The notes beneath the pieces were generated by a model, which was not told the DNA's origin, made no database searches, and worked only from the letters and a program-made list of their open reading frames with translations. Source: a virus. From it: a stretch of DNA of 64,000 nucleotides. Location: the IMG/VR virus record IMGVR_UViG_3300021085_000009, positions 64,001 to 128,000 of that record; one strand, written 5' to 3'. Below, piece after piece: positions 21,343 to 32,645 of this stretch. Every line of letters begins with the position of its first letter. Position 1 is the stretch's first letter. The position numbers were made by a program, and so were the translations under genes.

Positions 21343-24300
21343 TTATGCCGTCGTTGCTATTGCTCTAAAGTCTCCCAACATTGGAACATTAGAGCTGTTA
21401 CGTGATCTTAGTACTACCTTAATTGCAAATTTTGAGAATGCTCCATCTACTACGCCACCTGCTAAACTATTTGCAACTGTAGGATTAATTTCAAAATGTG
21501 CTTCACTCATTCCACTATCAGATACTGGAATTGTGTTTACTGGATTAGCTGGTCTCCAATTTAACTGTGTAAAATCTGAATCGTCTGCACCTGATTGTAC
21601 TTTATAATATAAGTCAACTGAAGAATCAGCTGGCCTTGCTACTGACATATAAACATCGATTAAATCAGCTTCGTTTTCTAATTCAATTTTCTTAGTTATA
21701 TATTTAGCTAAGTTTGTAGTACCAGAAGGTTGTGTCTCAGCTACTAATCTACTATTGGTAGCATAATAAGGTGCAGTAGCGTCATTGATTCTATTTTGAA
21801 TAGTAAACAATGAAGTTCTTTCCAAATCAATGGTTGGAGATATTCTATCGTTTCCATTGTTATTTAATGTACATTTAATTTCTGTAAGTGTTGTAGCTCC
21901 ACCATTTGCATTAGGTGACATAACCATATATGGTTTTTCTGGAACAAAGTTACTATTAGGTAATATTTCAATTTGAGTTTGAGCAGTATATGATTGTTGT
22001 GTTGTACTATCTTGAGATGCTGCTGAAATACCAGTTAAATCTGTTTGTATTGAAGTTCCAGGAACTTGAGTGTTTTCCATTTTTAATACTAATGTATTAT
22101 ATAACATATTTTCAGTAGCAGTAACATTATCTCCACCGCCAAATATTCCAACTGTAGTAGCAGTTCCTGCATGTGTTATAACATATGAGTCATGTTCTAT
22201 CTCTGTAATAGTGTGAGCTTTATTGATGTGTGCTACATTAGTAATACCATTACCAGCAACATAACCAGCAATTATAACTTGATGAGATCCACTACCATAG
22301 TGTCCATGGTTAGAATGATAAACTCTAATTTTATTTGTAGCAATATATTCTAATGAATCTGGATTAAGCTTCTTAGGTTCTATTGAGTCATTGACTAATG
22401 TAACAAATTGATTAGCCGTAGTACTAAATTGGCATCTATTAAGTTTAAATTTAAGATCCTTAGTTTGCTCTGCTGTCCATGTTGAAGCATTAGCTGATGT
22501 AAAGAATACACCGTTATATGGTTGTTTATTAACTCTTTTATTTGTAATGGTTAAATCCATTCCGCCAACTTCTGATACATATACTTTATAATCAGCTGAG
22601 TTTGCAATTAATACAATAGAATACTCAGAGTCTCTTTCCAAATAAACTGGATGTTTAAATCTTATAACAGTTCCTGCTGATGCATCACTTGATATATTAA
22701 TGTTAGCTGGATAAACTGTTACGTCAGAGCCAGGTATAACCTTTTGTGTTGGATAACCATTATCAACAGATCGTATAGAAACTTCCAATGGAATGTTAGC
22801 ATCTATAGATTCAAAGAATAATTCTATCTCATTTAAAAATACACCAGCTCCTGTAGAGTCTGGATCAGTAATTGTAAATGTTTGTGCTACTGGATCTGTC
22901 CATCTGATTAGTTCAGTCGATCTTTCAAATGTAGTTCGACTAACTGCTTTACTTGCTGAACTAACTTCCCTAGTAACTAACCTTGGAACCTTAGTAGCAA
23001 TAATTGTTTTCTGATGAACTTCTAGTAATCCTTGTGCATAATAATTTGCTGATGCATAAGTATCAGCTTCTGATGAATCGTTTGTAGGGCTATCTGTTAG
23101 TTTAAATTCTCTAGTACCAGTTTTAAATTTTAGTACATCGTTTCTAGGAATAATAAATGATCCTATGCATCGACCAGCAGCATCAGTTACTAGTGCACCT
23201 GAATTAGAATCGGGATGTGCACTTTCTCCTGTATGACTTTTAACATTGCTTCTTGTTGAAAATTTAACAAATGATGATTCTTGTCTACAATAGGATGTTA
23301 CTTTAGTACCATTGAAGAAAGCATCTAGCTTTGAATTCGGCTTAAGAAGTTCTGCGTTAAAGAATATTTTTCTTGATCTAATAAATGGTATAAAGTTTGT
23401 TTCTACTACGTAATCGCCAACTTCTTTAAATTGTGTATCTGATGCAACTGAAGTTGTTAGCCCAGATCTTGATTGAGAACCAGTTTCAGTTATAGCTTTT
23501 TGAACATCTTGAACTTCAGCTCTACGGCCACCGTTTCTACCTGGTGCTACAAAACCCATAGCCTCAGCTTTGTTTCTGCTAACTAATCTTTTATTAGATG
23601 TGGTTTCTGTTACTTCTCTACCAGTCCAGTTAGTTTCCCATTCGTTCCATACTGTTCCTAATATGCCTTCTTGCTTAGCCATAGCAACGAACTGATCATA
23701 AACACTAGTATCATCTATGATAATATCTGGTCTTACATCTACTTCTTTCCATTCATCCGATGCAGGAGATAGTTCAATCTTTCCTTCCCATACAAAGATA
23801 TCATATGGATTTACAAATTCAGCATAAGTAGAAAATGGTTGATCGATATAATTAGCTGTAGTATATGGTAGTGTAACCATATCACCTGAACCAGCAAGTG
23901 TGTTTCCTTTTACTCCACTTTCGACTGAAGAGTTAACACATGTACCAGTATCATTAGACTTTCTTACAAGGTTAACGCCTCTTTCATCAAATGATGGTCT
24001 AGCAATTCCAGCATCTTTGTCAACTGAAATTTGATAATCAGGATCATTTGAATTACCAATGTTATGTCCTGTAAAGTTATCTACTATAAATCCGTTTTTA
24101 ATTCTTGGGTTTCCATCGCTATCTAGTAAAGGTGTTCCTTGTGCTGACTTTTCTAATAAAGAAAGCGATGTATAATATTCTAGTGTTTTAATTCGTTTAT
24201 CTAGCTTGCCAATATCTCTCATTGTGTATCGTTTGTTGTCAAATGGTACTGGTTTAATATCTAACTTATTGAATACGTATGGTGATATGTTTAATGTATA

Positions 24301-26829
24301 TAATGGCATTGCATCTTTAACATTTTCAGGAGCTACTGGATTAAGATCTGATACACCAGTTATATACTTATATGCACCTTCCTTAGTTATAAATAATTTA
24401 TCTTTTCTTGGAAGGAATATTGTAACATCATTAGTAGCAATATTGTTTGGAGCTATTGGAGAACTAAGTGATGATATTCCTCCAGCAAAATCTCCATCTA
24501 AATCTTTAACTGGTCTGAAGTCTAAACAATCTCTTAAATCTACAACTCCGGTTGAGCTTTTAAAACTTGGAATCTCTTCGTACTTAGCAGCTTCAAGAGC
24601 TGAAGGTGTAGGATTACCAGGTGTGTAATATGAATCAACTGAGAAATAATCTCCGCCAGTATGTGTATAATGATCTAAGATAATAGTCATATTACCAGGA
24701 GCTATTGATTCGCCACCTTTTAATATGATTGAAGCCTCGTCATAAAAGTTTGCTCTTTGGCCATTGTCAACAACAAATTTATCTGTTACCAGAGTATTTG
24801 CTCCATCTATAATTGAGGTTACTCTAATTACATCAGCTACTCCTAACTCGTAAGTAGAAGTTCCAGCAGAATATGCAATAGTTTTTGTAACGGTTTGTCG
24901 AGATTTAGTTTTAGGTTGAAAGTTAGTTCTTAACACTGTAACAATAGCTGAAATTTGTATTCCAGAAGTCATTGTTTGGCCAGTTTCTGTAGCAGTTAAA
25001 GTAAACTGTGAGTTATTAACACCACCAGATGTAGAATCAACTTCACTTATTTCAAATGTTCTTCCTGAATTATGATTAGCAATTGATATTTGAATATCGT
25101 CGTCATTTGCTAAAACTCCATTAGTAATAGTAAATACCGCTTCTCCAGTACCACCAATAGTAGTATTAACTCTTTGTCTAACTCTATAAGCACCTGTAGT
25201 AGAACCACTAGTTTCTAAAGTTTTTACTGTGTCATAAGGTAACTTAAATACTAATGTGTTATTAGATGTATCAAACAATGTTGCACCAGCAGTAATATTA
25301 CCACTTGCTCCAGTTCCTAAGTTTCCTTTAAAGTCAACGCCAGATAATACTTGTCCTACGCTTTTTACAGAAGAAAATATATTAGTGCCAGTCATTTGCA
25401 AGTCAAATAAGTATAATCTGTAATGGGCTGGATTAACACCGATATATTCAAGTCCTCTAGCTCTTGCTGTACCTATTGGTGTCGATTGATTTACTGCACT
25501 ATATAAAGTTACAGTTGCTAAATTATTAATGTCTGGAATACCTGTTGTACTATCAGTAGTTAACTTAATATAATTGCCTAGTGGAGTTGAAGTTGTAGCT
25601 CCAGCTGCAGTAGCTGTATCGCTAATGCTTCTTGGTTTATCAATTACAATAGGATCCGATGCAGTCTTTTCGACTCGGTATCCTTGGACATAAGCCACTG
25701 AAGGCTCAACAGTAATAGCCATTTTACTAGAATCACCACCGTCAGCAGCTGATAAGTAACCATTGTTTCCAGCTTCATCATTTAAATGTTCGTTAATATC
25801 TAGGATGAATGGTCTTACTGCATAGTTGCCAGACTCTTCGAATGTTCTTGTAGCAAATCGATCCGATAATGTTGTATCAATTGGATCAGTTGATGTTGTT
25901 TGTGTTACACCATTTTTGACGAGGACTAATGGTATAAAGTTAGTAGTTGTTTGTGATGCTACTACAACATTTTCTTTTATTAGTGTAGCAACTATTTTTA
26001 GTCTGTCTGCGCCTGGCGCTGTATGATTAGGTGTTCCTGACGCGTTATCATTAAGTGATTGGTCAGAGCCAGAAGTAACTATTGATTGAACGACACTCAG
26101 TCCGATTGAGTATGAAGGAGTATTAGTATACTTATCTAATATCAAAGTACTTGTTGGAATATGCACAAATGATCCATGTAAGAAATACACGCCTTCTTCT
26201 ATACTTACACTAGAACCAGTTCCAACTGAATCGCCAGTTATTAATGAGTCGCCATTATTAACATCAGCTCCAACATATTCAGTTGCACTTCCTGTACCAC
26301 CGCCAACTTTACCATACCTGGATCCAGTATTAGTAACAAAAACTTCTCCAGTACCAAATGCTTTTACATTTTTATCTGGGCCTCCAGAACTTAAGTATTT
26401 AATAAACAGCGTTATTGGTTCTCCTGGACTAACGTAAGTGCTTACTGCAATAACCTTTGCTTGAACTTGGTTACCAGTATTACCTGTACCAGTAATTGTT
26501 TTACCTACAAAATCATTTAGGTTTGTAGAAGTAGTATATGTTGCTGCACTGCCAGTAGCAATTGTAGAATTAAATACATCTTCTACTTTTATAAAATCAT
26601 AATCGATATTTACTGTGACCTTACCGCCTATAACTCTTGAGCCATTATTAAAAGCCCATTGACCATACTTATCAATCTGTGCTTGTAGCGCTGTTTGTAA
26701 CTGAGTAAGTTCTCTAGCTTGAACTGAATAGCCAGGCTTAAATAAGATTCTATGATAATTTTTTGACTCATCAAAATCATCATGATATGGTTTATCTGGA
26801 TTGTTATAAAGGCTTTTACTTATTGTCAT
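21343..26829 (-). CDS. Large virion structural protein (DUF4815/VrlC-like)
   Basis: PYHDDFDESKNYHRILFKPGYSVQARELTQLQ N-terminus; APGADRLKI; RTFEESGNY. Confidence 0.85.
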   Translation of the reverse strand: MTISKSLYNNPDKPYHDDFDESKNYHRILFKPGYSVQARELTQLQTALQAQIDKYGQWAFNNGSRVIGGKVTVNIDYDFIKVEDVFNSTIATGSAATYTTSTNLNDFVGKTITGTGNTGNQVQAKVIAVSTYVSPGEPITLFIKYLSSGGPDKNVKAFGTGEVFVTNTGSRYGKVGGGTGSATEYVGADVNNGDSLITGDSVGTGSSVSIEEGVYFLHGSFVHIPTSTLILDKYTNTPSYSIGLSVVQSIVTSGSDQSLNDNASGTPNHTAPGADRLKIVATLIKENVVVASQTTTNFIPLVLVKNGVTQTTSTDPIDTTLSDRFATRTFEESGNYAVRPFILDINEHLNDEAGNNGYLSAADGGDSSKMAITVEPSVAYVQGYRVEKTASDPIVIDKPRSISDTATAAGATTSTPLGNYIKLTTDSTTGIPDINNLATVTLYSAVNQSTPIGTARARGLEYIGVNPAHYRLYLFDLQMTGTNIFSSVKSVGQVLSGVDFKGNLGTGASGNITAGATLFDTSNNTLVFKLPYDTVKTLETSGSTTGAYRVRQRVNTTIGGTGEAVFTITNGVLANDDDIQISIANHNSGRTFEISEVDSTSGGVNNSQFTLTATETGQTMTSGIQISAIVTVLRTNFQPKTKSRQTVTKTIAYSAGTSTYELGVADVIRVTSIIDGANTLVTDKFVVDNGQRANFYDEASIILKGGESIAPGNMTIILDHYTHTGGDYFSVDSYYTPGNPTPSALEAAKYEEIPSFKSSTGVVDLRDCLDFRPVKDLDGDFAGGISSLSSPIAPNNIATNDVTIFLPRKDKLFITKEGAYKYITGVSDLNPVAPENVKDAMPLYTLNISPYVFNKLDIKPVPFDNKRYTMRDIGKLDKRIKTLEYYTSLSLLEKSAQGTPLLDSDGNPRIKNGFIVDNFTGHNIGNSNDPDYQISVDKDAGIARPSFDERGVNLVRKSNDTGTCVNSSVESGVKGNTLAGSGDMVTLPYTTANYIDQPFSTYAEFVNPYDIFVWEGKIELSPASDEWKEVDVRPDIIIDDTSVYDQFVAMAKQEGILGTVWNEWETNWTGREVTETTSNKRLVSRNKAEAMGFVAPGRNGGRRAEVQDVQKAITETGSQSRSGLTTSVASDTQFKEVGDYVVETNFIPFIRSRKIFFNAELLKPNSKLDAFFNGTKVTSYCRQESSFVKFSTRSNVKSHTGESAHPDSNSGALVTDAAGRCIGSFIIPRNDVLKFKTGTREFKLTDSPTNDSSEADTYASANYYAQGLLEVHQKTIIATKVPRLVTREVSSASKAVSRTTFERSTELIRWTDPVAQTFTITDPDSTGAGVFLNEIELFFESIDANIPLEVSIRSVDNGYPTQKVIPGSDVTVYPANINISSDASAGTVIRFKHPVYLERDSEYSIVLIANSADYKVYVSEVGGMDLTITNKRVNKQPYNGVFFTSANASTWTAEQTKDLKFKLNRCQFSTTANQFVTLVNDSIEPKKLNPDSLEYIATNKIRVYHSNHGHYGSGSHQVIIAGYVAGNGITNVAHINKAHTITEIEHDSYVITHAGTATTVGIFGGGDNVTATENMLYNTLVLKMENTQVPGTSIQTDLTGISAASQDSTTQQSYTAQTQIEILPNSNFVPEKPYMVMSPNANGGATTLTEIKCTLNNNGNDRISPTIDLERTSLFTIQNRINDATAPYYATNSRLVAETQPSGTTNLAKYITKKIELENEADLIDVYMSVARPADSSVDLYYKVQSGADDSDFTQLNWRPANPVNTIPVSDSGMSEAHFEINPTVANSLAGGVVDGAFSKFAIKVVLRSRNSSNVPMLGDFRAIATTA

Positions 26830-26851
26830 CTTTTTTCTCTCTTCTTACTAT

Positions 26852-26859
26852 TATTTATA
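26852..26859 (-). promoter_or_regulatory. Late promoter TATAAATA
   Basis: Exact consensus in intergenic gap. Confidence 0.75.
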
Positions 26860-26866
26860 TAGTATA

Positions 26867-28384
26867 TTAGAATTCAATTATGAGTTTAATATCTTCAATC
26901 TGTGTAGCTGTTCTACTAATAGGTGCTCTGTTTTCTAGGAATACCATTTCGCCGCTACCTTTATGTGCTTCTGCTGTAAAATTAAATCCACCGTTTCCTG
27001 TAGTATCTAATGATGCTGAACCTGCTCCGCCATCAGCTGTAGTACTAACTGTCTCACCTGTAGTGAACTTAGTATAACCAGTCTTTTCATTTTGGTGGTA
27101 ATAAATTCTGCCAGCCTGTGCACCGGTCTGCGGTGCTTCTACGACGAATGCTCTAGCTCCACTTGCTCCACCTACAATAACTTGATCAGCATTGAAGTTT
27201 ACTGAGGATTGACCAGATGCGATTTTTAAAAACTGTGTTCCTTTTAGAGTAGTTGCTGTGGCAGGTGTAGTTAAATTTCCTGCTACAATAGCTCCAACAG
27301 AAACTCCACTAGCAATTGATGATGGATTCTTAATTAAACTAACTTGTCTAAAATCTTGATTAATTGTAAGATCATTACCAGATCCTTCATTACCTGTAAG
27401 TAAACTATTAATACCAACATAGAAAGCTCCAAGTTCTGCTACTGGATCTACACCATGTCCGCCTGCAGGAGCAAGGACTGCTCTAGCTTCTGCAATAACT
27501 GGAGTTCCACTATCACTTGTGTTTTTTGTTATAACAACATCTGCTACTGTGTAATTGCTTCCTTTATTAGTAATAGTAATACTAGTAATTCTACCACTAG
27601 AATCAATATCCTGTGCAGTAATATCAGCAGCAGCATTAATTCCGTCACCCGTAATAGTAACAGTCGGCCTATTAGTTGTACTATAACCAGAGCCTGAAGT
27701 AACGCTATCAACGCCGTTAGTAACAAGAACTAATCTTTCAATTCCTTCGCGGTTAGCACTAGCATTTGAAGCTATCTGCGCAGCTTGTTGAGGCTGATTA
27801 GGATCAGTAGCTGCAAGAGCTGGAGTTAATGCTAAAGTTTTAACTGGCATGTATGAAGTGGTTAGGAATTTTTCTGAATCAGCAACGGTAACTGTATACA
27901 TATATTTCCATTGGTAACCATCCTCTGCAGCACCTATAGGTTGTTCTGACGTATGTACAGGTTCAACTGAAACACCTGCAGGGCCAGCAATAATACATTT
28001 ATAAACTTTAAACTGAGAAGTCATAACATAGAACGGGCTTTGAGAATCAAAGATAGATGTAGGTGTTATTACACCACTAACAGATTCTTTATAATTTGAA
28101 TCCCATGGTTGATAACTATCTCCTGCAGTCCAATTATGTCTTGGTACTACGTGTGATACATCACCGGCCGCAATCTTTTTAAGACCGATCATGTTCTGCC
28201 AAGCTTCTGCTACGTTTGTTTGGTTGTCGTATGGAGTAAAAGCATCAGTGTCTGTTTTATCGGATGTGCTGTTTGACCAAACGTCTGCTTTACCGATGCC
28301 AACATATACACTACTAGTTTCTACGTCCTCTTTAAAATTTTGAGCATTTACTACTCTAAATTGTGAAGTTACTATTGCTGTCAT
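26867..28384 (-). CDS. gp8: Baseplate wedge subunit gp8
   Basis: VPRHNW, FYVMTSQFKVYKC, DGYQWKYMYT, ENRAPISR...EDIKLIIEF. Confidence 0.88.
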   Translation of the reverse strand: MTAIVTSQFRVVNAQNFKEDVETSSVYVGIGKADVWSNSTSDKTDTDAFTPYDNQTNVAEAWQNMIGLKKIAAGDVSHVVPRHNWTAGDSYQPWDSNYKESVSGVITPTSIFDSQSPFYVMTSQFKVYKCIIAGPAGVSVEPVHTSEQPIGAAEDGYQWKYMYTVTVADSEKFLTTSYMPVKTLALTPALAATDPNQPQQAAQIASNASANREGIERLVLVTNGVDSVTSGSGYSTTNRPTVTITGDGINAAADITAQDIDSSGRITSITITNKGSNYTVADVVITKNTSDSGTPVIAEARAVLAPAGGHGVDPVAELGAFYVGINSLLTGNEGSGNDLTINQDFRQVSLIKNPSSIASGVSVGAIVAGNLTTPATATTLKGTQFLKIASGQSSVNFNADQVIVGGASGARAFVVEAPQTGAQAGRIYYHQNEKTGYTKFTTGETVSTTADGGAGSASLDTTGNGGFNFTAEAHKGSGEMVFLENRAPISRTATQIEDIKLIIEF

Positions 28385-28409
28385 TTTTCTAATTCCCGTT
28401 GTTTATACA

Positions 28410-30755
28410 TTATGTTGTAGACTTATATGTTATGCTACTCATACCGTTATATCTATTTATATTAGTTATAGATGTAGTTGTAAGTAAATTTGCACCATAT
28501 TCTTTTAATGGCACATTATCTCTAAATTTTCTGGTTGGAAACCAGTTGTTCTTTTTAATATTATAAAAATTATTATCATGATTAATTTCAAAGGTATCTT
28601 CAAATAGATTCATTACTAATTGTAATATCATAGTAGTGTCTTTAGCTCTTACTTCGTCTTGAACACCAGAGCCAAGTCTTACCTCAGGTTCAAATATATA
28701 TCCGTTACCAGCATTAGTAGGAGTTATAATCGTGGTATCTGCTAATGATGAAGGAACTAATTCAGCTCTTAATATACCATTACCAGTAACTGTTACTGTT
28801 GGAACTGATGTGTAACCACTTCCATGGTTCGTCATAACAATTCTACTTATATTACCATTATCCATCTGTGCTACTGCAGTAGCATTGGATCCGCCGCCGC
28901 CACTTATTGTTACTGTCGGTGCTGATGAATAGCCACTACCACCATTTACTATTTGTATATTATTAATCGTTGTTGGCTGAAGTAAAAGTGATGCTGTTGC
29001 TTGAACGTTAGTTGATAGTGGTTGTCCTAAAGCATTCTTTGCTGTTGGCGCATCTATAACTACCTTAGGTGCAATTCTGTATTTATGATTAACGTCTGAA
29101 AGACCATGTAAAAATATTTTACTTATACTTCCAGGATTACTTACTGCTGGTATTGAAGCCGCAATTTCTGTGTAACCTGATCCTACATTAGTAATAACAA
29201 ATCCATCTGGTGATAATGAACCAGATGCTGTAACCTTACATGTAACAGCTCCGGCCGATCCACCTGCTCCTGTTATAGTAACAGTTGGCCCAGCATAAAG
29301 CTTTTCGCCATTAACTATTGTTTCAGTGCTAAGATTTATTGGATAACCATAACCTGCTTTAGCAATTTCAGCTGAAAGAATTTTACCAACATTTGGATTA
29401 GCTTGCCCATTCGGTAATGTGGTTGGTTGTAAATTAATACTAATTTGTCCACTTCTTTTAATAAATGCAGATGGTCTTGGTTCAAACATTGACGCAAACA
29501 TTTTAACTAGAACTGGAACATCTTCTATTCCAATCACACCAGGCTGTCTGTCAGGCATAGATGATAAAGTTAATCTATTAATTCTAGGATAACCATAAAA
29601 GAATTGCCCTGTGCCCTGACCATGTTTTGGTCCACCAATATGAGGAACCTCGTACATAGCTTTGGTGTTATCTCCTAAAGCCTTTCTAGTTAATTGTAGT
29701 AATATTAGAATCTCTCCAAAGAATTTAAATCCTGCAGGGTGAACTAATTTACTAAATGCTGATGACCAATCTGTTACGTTCCTACCAGTTCTAATAAGGT
29801 ATGAAAACTTTTGATAAAAGTCGCTGTCTTGTATTTTGATTTCGTCTGATAGCCAACCTTTATGATCTAGGTACTGTCCTTGGGATGCATCCCATGCACC
29901 TGACGAAGGTATTAAAGTTTTATCCCATGGTCTTTCTACTTCAACTTCCTCGTTAAACAATAACCTAAAGAATATTTCAATAGAATCTGAAGAACCTCTA
30001 ACTTTATAGAAGTCAACTATCTTTTTATAAAGAGACCTTTTATCTACATTAGATAAGTCTCTAGGAATAGCAGCTGCTACTTCTTTCTGCATCATCTCTA
30101 AATAATCTTCTGTGTTCGCATCGATGTCTAACGCTTCTTCAATTGCGTTCAGCACATATGATGGACCAGGTCCTACCCAATATGTAATTACAGTTGTAAA
30201 GGTAGCTTGTAAACCATCAAAGGTATCATCGCCAAAAACAATTCTAAAGGTTTTGCCGTGAGGGTTAGTATTATTTTTAAGCGAGCCAGGAAGTTCGTTA
30301 CCATTAGTAATATTAAGCTGTGGTGCATTAGCGCCAGTAAATGATATTGGTATACTTTGTCCTGGGTTATATACAACATTGTCAACTGTCATATCAGCAT
30401 CAGTAGTATTCTTAATTAGTAATGTACTACTTGCTCCCTGAAAGTCTGAAAAGAAATGATCATTAGAATTCTCAGGATCCTTAACTCTAAAGATAGCTTG
30501 CTTACTTAAAATAGTATCAAGGAAGACTTCGGTCTCTTGATATATAAACTCTTCCATATTATTAAATTCATAATATGATTTAAGTAATTCTTTAATGCCT
30601 CTTTGATTAGACTGATCTCCACTACCAACTTGGTCCTGAAGAATATTAGTAGGGATAAGTTCATCAAGTCTAAGATTTTCTTTTGTCTTACGCTTACTCG
30701 AAGCAACTGATTCGATATAACCAGGTGTTTGTGCTTCTCCTCCATATCGAGCCAT
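28410..30755 (-). CDS. gp7: Baseplate wedge initiator gp7-like
   Basis: IQDSDFYQKFSY..LVHPAGF motif; GSGYxxxPTV repeats; lies between gp6 and gp8. Confidence 0.75.
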   Translation of the reverse strand: MARYGGEAQTPGYIESVASSKRKTKENLRLDELIPTNILQDQVGSGDQSNQRGIKELLKSYYEFNNMEEFIYQETEVFLDTILSKQAIFRVKDPENSNDHFFSDFQGASSTLLIKNTTDADMTVDNVVYNPGQSIPISFTGANAPQLNITNGNELPGSLKNNTNPHGKTFRIVFGDDTFDGLQATFTTVITYWVGPGPSYVLNAIEEALDIDANTEDYLEMMQKEVAAAIPRDLSNVDKRSLYKKIVDFYKVRGSSDSIEIFFRLLFNEEVEVERPWDKTLIPSSGAWDASQGQYLDHKGWLSDEIKIQDSDFYQKFSYLIRTGRNVTDWSSAFSKLVHPAGFKFFGEILILLQLTRKALGDNTKAMYEVPHIGGPKHGQGTGQFFYGYPRINRLTLSSMPDRQPGVIGIEDVPVLVKMFASMFEPRPSAFIKRSGQISINLQPTTLPNGQANPNVGKILSAEIAKAGYGYPINLSTETIVNGEKLYAGPTVTITGAGGSAGAVTCKVTASGSLSPDGFVITNVGSGYTEIAASIPAVSNPGSISKIFLHGLSDVNHKYRIAPKVVIDAPTAKNALGQPLSTNVQATASLLLQPTTINNIQIVNGGSGYSSAPTVTISGGGGSNATAVAQMDNGNISRIVMTNHGSGYTSVPTVTVTGNGILRAELVPSSLADTTIITPTNAGNGYIFEPEVRLGSGVQDEVRAKDTTMILQLVMNLFEDTFEINHDNNFYNIKKNNWFPTRKFRDNVPLKEYGANLLTTTSITNINRYNGMSSITYKSTT
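28454..28461 (-). promoter_or_regulatory. Late promoter TATAAATA for gp8
   Basis: Exact consensus within the 3' end of gp7. Confidence 0.6.
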
Positions 30756-30758
30756 GTG

Positions 30759-32639
30759 TTATCCTCTAAGTCTTGATGTTGTGTTATATGATATAGTACC
30801 AGTACTTCCTGATACAGCGATTGAATCAATCTCTGGATTAATAGAAGTCTTTAATGGATCGATTGCGATTAGCTGATCTCTCTTAGGAGCAATGTCTAAA
30901 GAAGCTGGTGTCGCCGTAATTTTAATTCCACCTGTTGGAAGAACTGAAGGAGCAAAGTTATTTAATACAACTTTACCTGTAGTAGAATTTACAGTACCTG
31001 CATCAGCAACTACAATATTTTCTTTACCACTTACGATTTTATAAACATATACTCTACGTTCGTCTTGTCCTTCCACTGCTTCATCTCCAAAGAAGTGATC
31101 AACTCCACCAACTTGGAATCCTGATGATGTAATAACTGAATCAGTACTACTACCAGTGACATAGAAAGAACCTGTAAAGAATAAAGTAAAACTATTTTCT
31201 GCTCGATTTAAACTAGGTGTAATTGTTTTGAATAACATAGGACGTACAGTAGAGTTAACAATTGATGGATCAGCGTTATCGATTGCTTTTAATAGCTGTG
31301 AATGTCTGAACACTCCATCAAATTTGTTAAGGTTATTAAAGTTATAATCTTCTACTGTATCACTGACCACGCTAAGTAGATCACTTGCACTTCTGTCAGT
31401 CAGGTTATTATTATATTTAAAGAATACATCTAACTCTAGGTAAGTATAGTTAGGATCAACCATGACCGGAGTAATAGAGACCACGTTCTTACCTTTAAGG
31501 ATAGTATTCTTAATTGTATTCTTTTGAGCGTCTGTTAGTTTTTCGTTCTGTACTGGTTTAACACAGACATATACGCTACCATAATCTGGTGGATCATTAT
31601 CTTCACCACCCCAGGTACTAATCGCATCGATGTCTGAGAACTCTCTTTGAATAATAGCACGATAGTCATCTGTGGTTACCGCTCTGTTCTGAGAAGTAAA
31701 TGTTAGCGGAGCATTATATCGTATTGACTCTAATGTCTCTCTGTCCGCGCCGCCAGTAGACTTACTGACCAGGCTTATTGCGACTGATGATGCACTGAAT
31801 GGTCCGATATTAATATTAGATCCCATTCCGAAATTTGTCGCACCATTTACATCCTTACCATTTGTATACACATAGTCGAGCGTTACGATATTATTTGACT
31901 GAGGACGAGCACCAATGACACCATCGCCAAAGAACACTTCGTAATATTCATTTGCATTCTCTTGTAGATGAAAGATTCGAGTTGCAGCGTCGACATTCAG
32001 TAGCGTAGTATACTTAGTATAGATATCGAATGCAGAAGATAAATCGTTAGCCTGTACACGAACGCGCATTGTAGATGTATCTGCATCCTTATCTGATATC
32101 TGATACTTCTGATTCGTTAAATCATTGTCTACTCTAAACTTTAAAGTCTTTAATGTACCTTCTGCGATCTCCACATTATTAAAGGTATATACATTTGTGG
32201 CTGAATCGATTGTAGCGTTATCTGCAGAGAGGACGACGAACGAAAATTCTCTACCGCCAACAGTTGTGACTAACTGCGTTCCTCGTGCGAGTGTTAGGTT
32301 TGCAGGATTATTCGAAGCCTGATCACCAGTGAATCCTGTGACCGCAATATTAACAACTGCACGAGAAGCGAGTTTAGACCTTGGAGTATATCCAAGCAAC
32401 CTTGCCCGAGAGACTACATTACCACGTATCTGTGCTGAGTCTAAAAAGGCCTCGTTTAAACTGAAGTGAGCAGCCATTGCATTATAGTGTGTATTATATG
32501 CTAATACATCTAAGAGTACACTCATACCACTTCCTTCGAAATCATAATCATTAAATGTCGACTGTGTCTTCAGATAGTTCTTAAGATTCTTTTTAATTTG
32601 GTCGAAATCTAATTCCGTTACTTTAAAATTTGTTGCCAT
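30759..32639 (-). CDS. gp6: Baseplate wedge subunit gp6
   Basis: LDFDQIKKNLKNYL..DYDFEGSG..LAYNTHY; QNRAVTTDDY. Confidence 0.93.
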   Translation of the reverse strand: MATNFKVTELDFDQIKKNLKNYLKTQSTFNDYDFEGSGMSVLLDVLAYNTHYNAMAAHFSLNEAFLDSAQIRGNVVSRARLLGYTPRSKLASRAVVNIAVTGFTGDQASNNPANLTLARGTQLVTTVGGREFSFVVLSADNATIDSATNVYTFNNVEIAEGTLKTLKFRVDNDLTNQKYQISDKDADTSTMRVRVQANDLSSAFDIYTKYTTLLNVDAATRIFHLQENANEYYEVFFGDGVIGARPQSNNIVTLDYVYTNGKDVNGATNFGMGSNINIGPFSASSVAISLVSKSTGGADRETLESIRYNAPLTFTSQNRAVTTDDYRAIIQREFSDIDAISTWGGEDNDPPDYGSVYVCVKPVQNEKLTDAQKNTIKNTILKGKNVVSITPVMVDPNYTYLELDVFFKYNNNLTDRSASDLLSVVSDTVEDYNFNNLNKFDGVFRHSQLLKAIDNADPSIVNSTVRPMLFKTITPSLNRAENSFTLFFTGSFYVTGSSTDSVITSSGFQVGGVDHFFGDEAVEGQDERRVYVYKIVSGKENIVVADAGTVNSTTGKVVLNNFAPSVLPTGGIKITATPASLDIAPKRDQLIAIDPLKTSINPEIDSIAVSGSTGTISYNTTSRLRG

Positions 32640-32645
32640 AATTCT

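Noticed and set aside
962-32322. Many 60-220 aa alternate-frame or antisense ORFs inside the fibre and baseplate genes (e.g. 12776-13447, 18440-18874, 24206-24628)
   Set aside because: Shadow ORFs of long genes with biased codons; no RBS, promoter or recognisable motifs.
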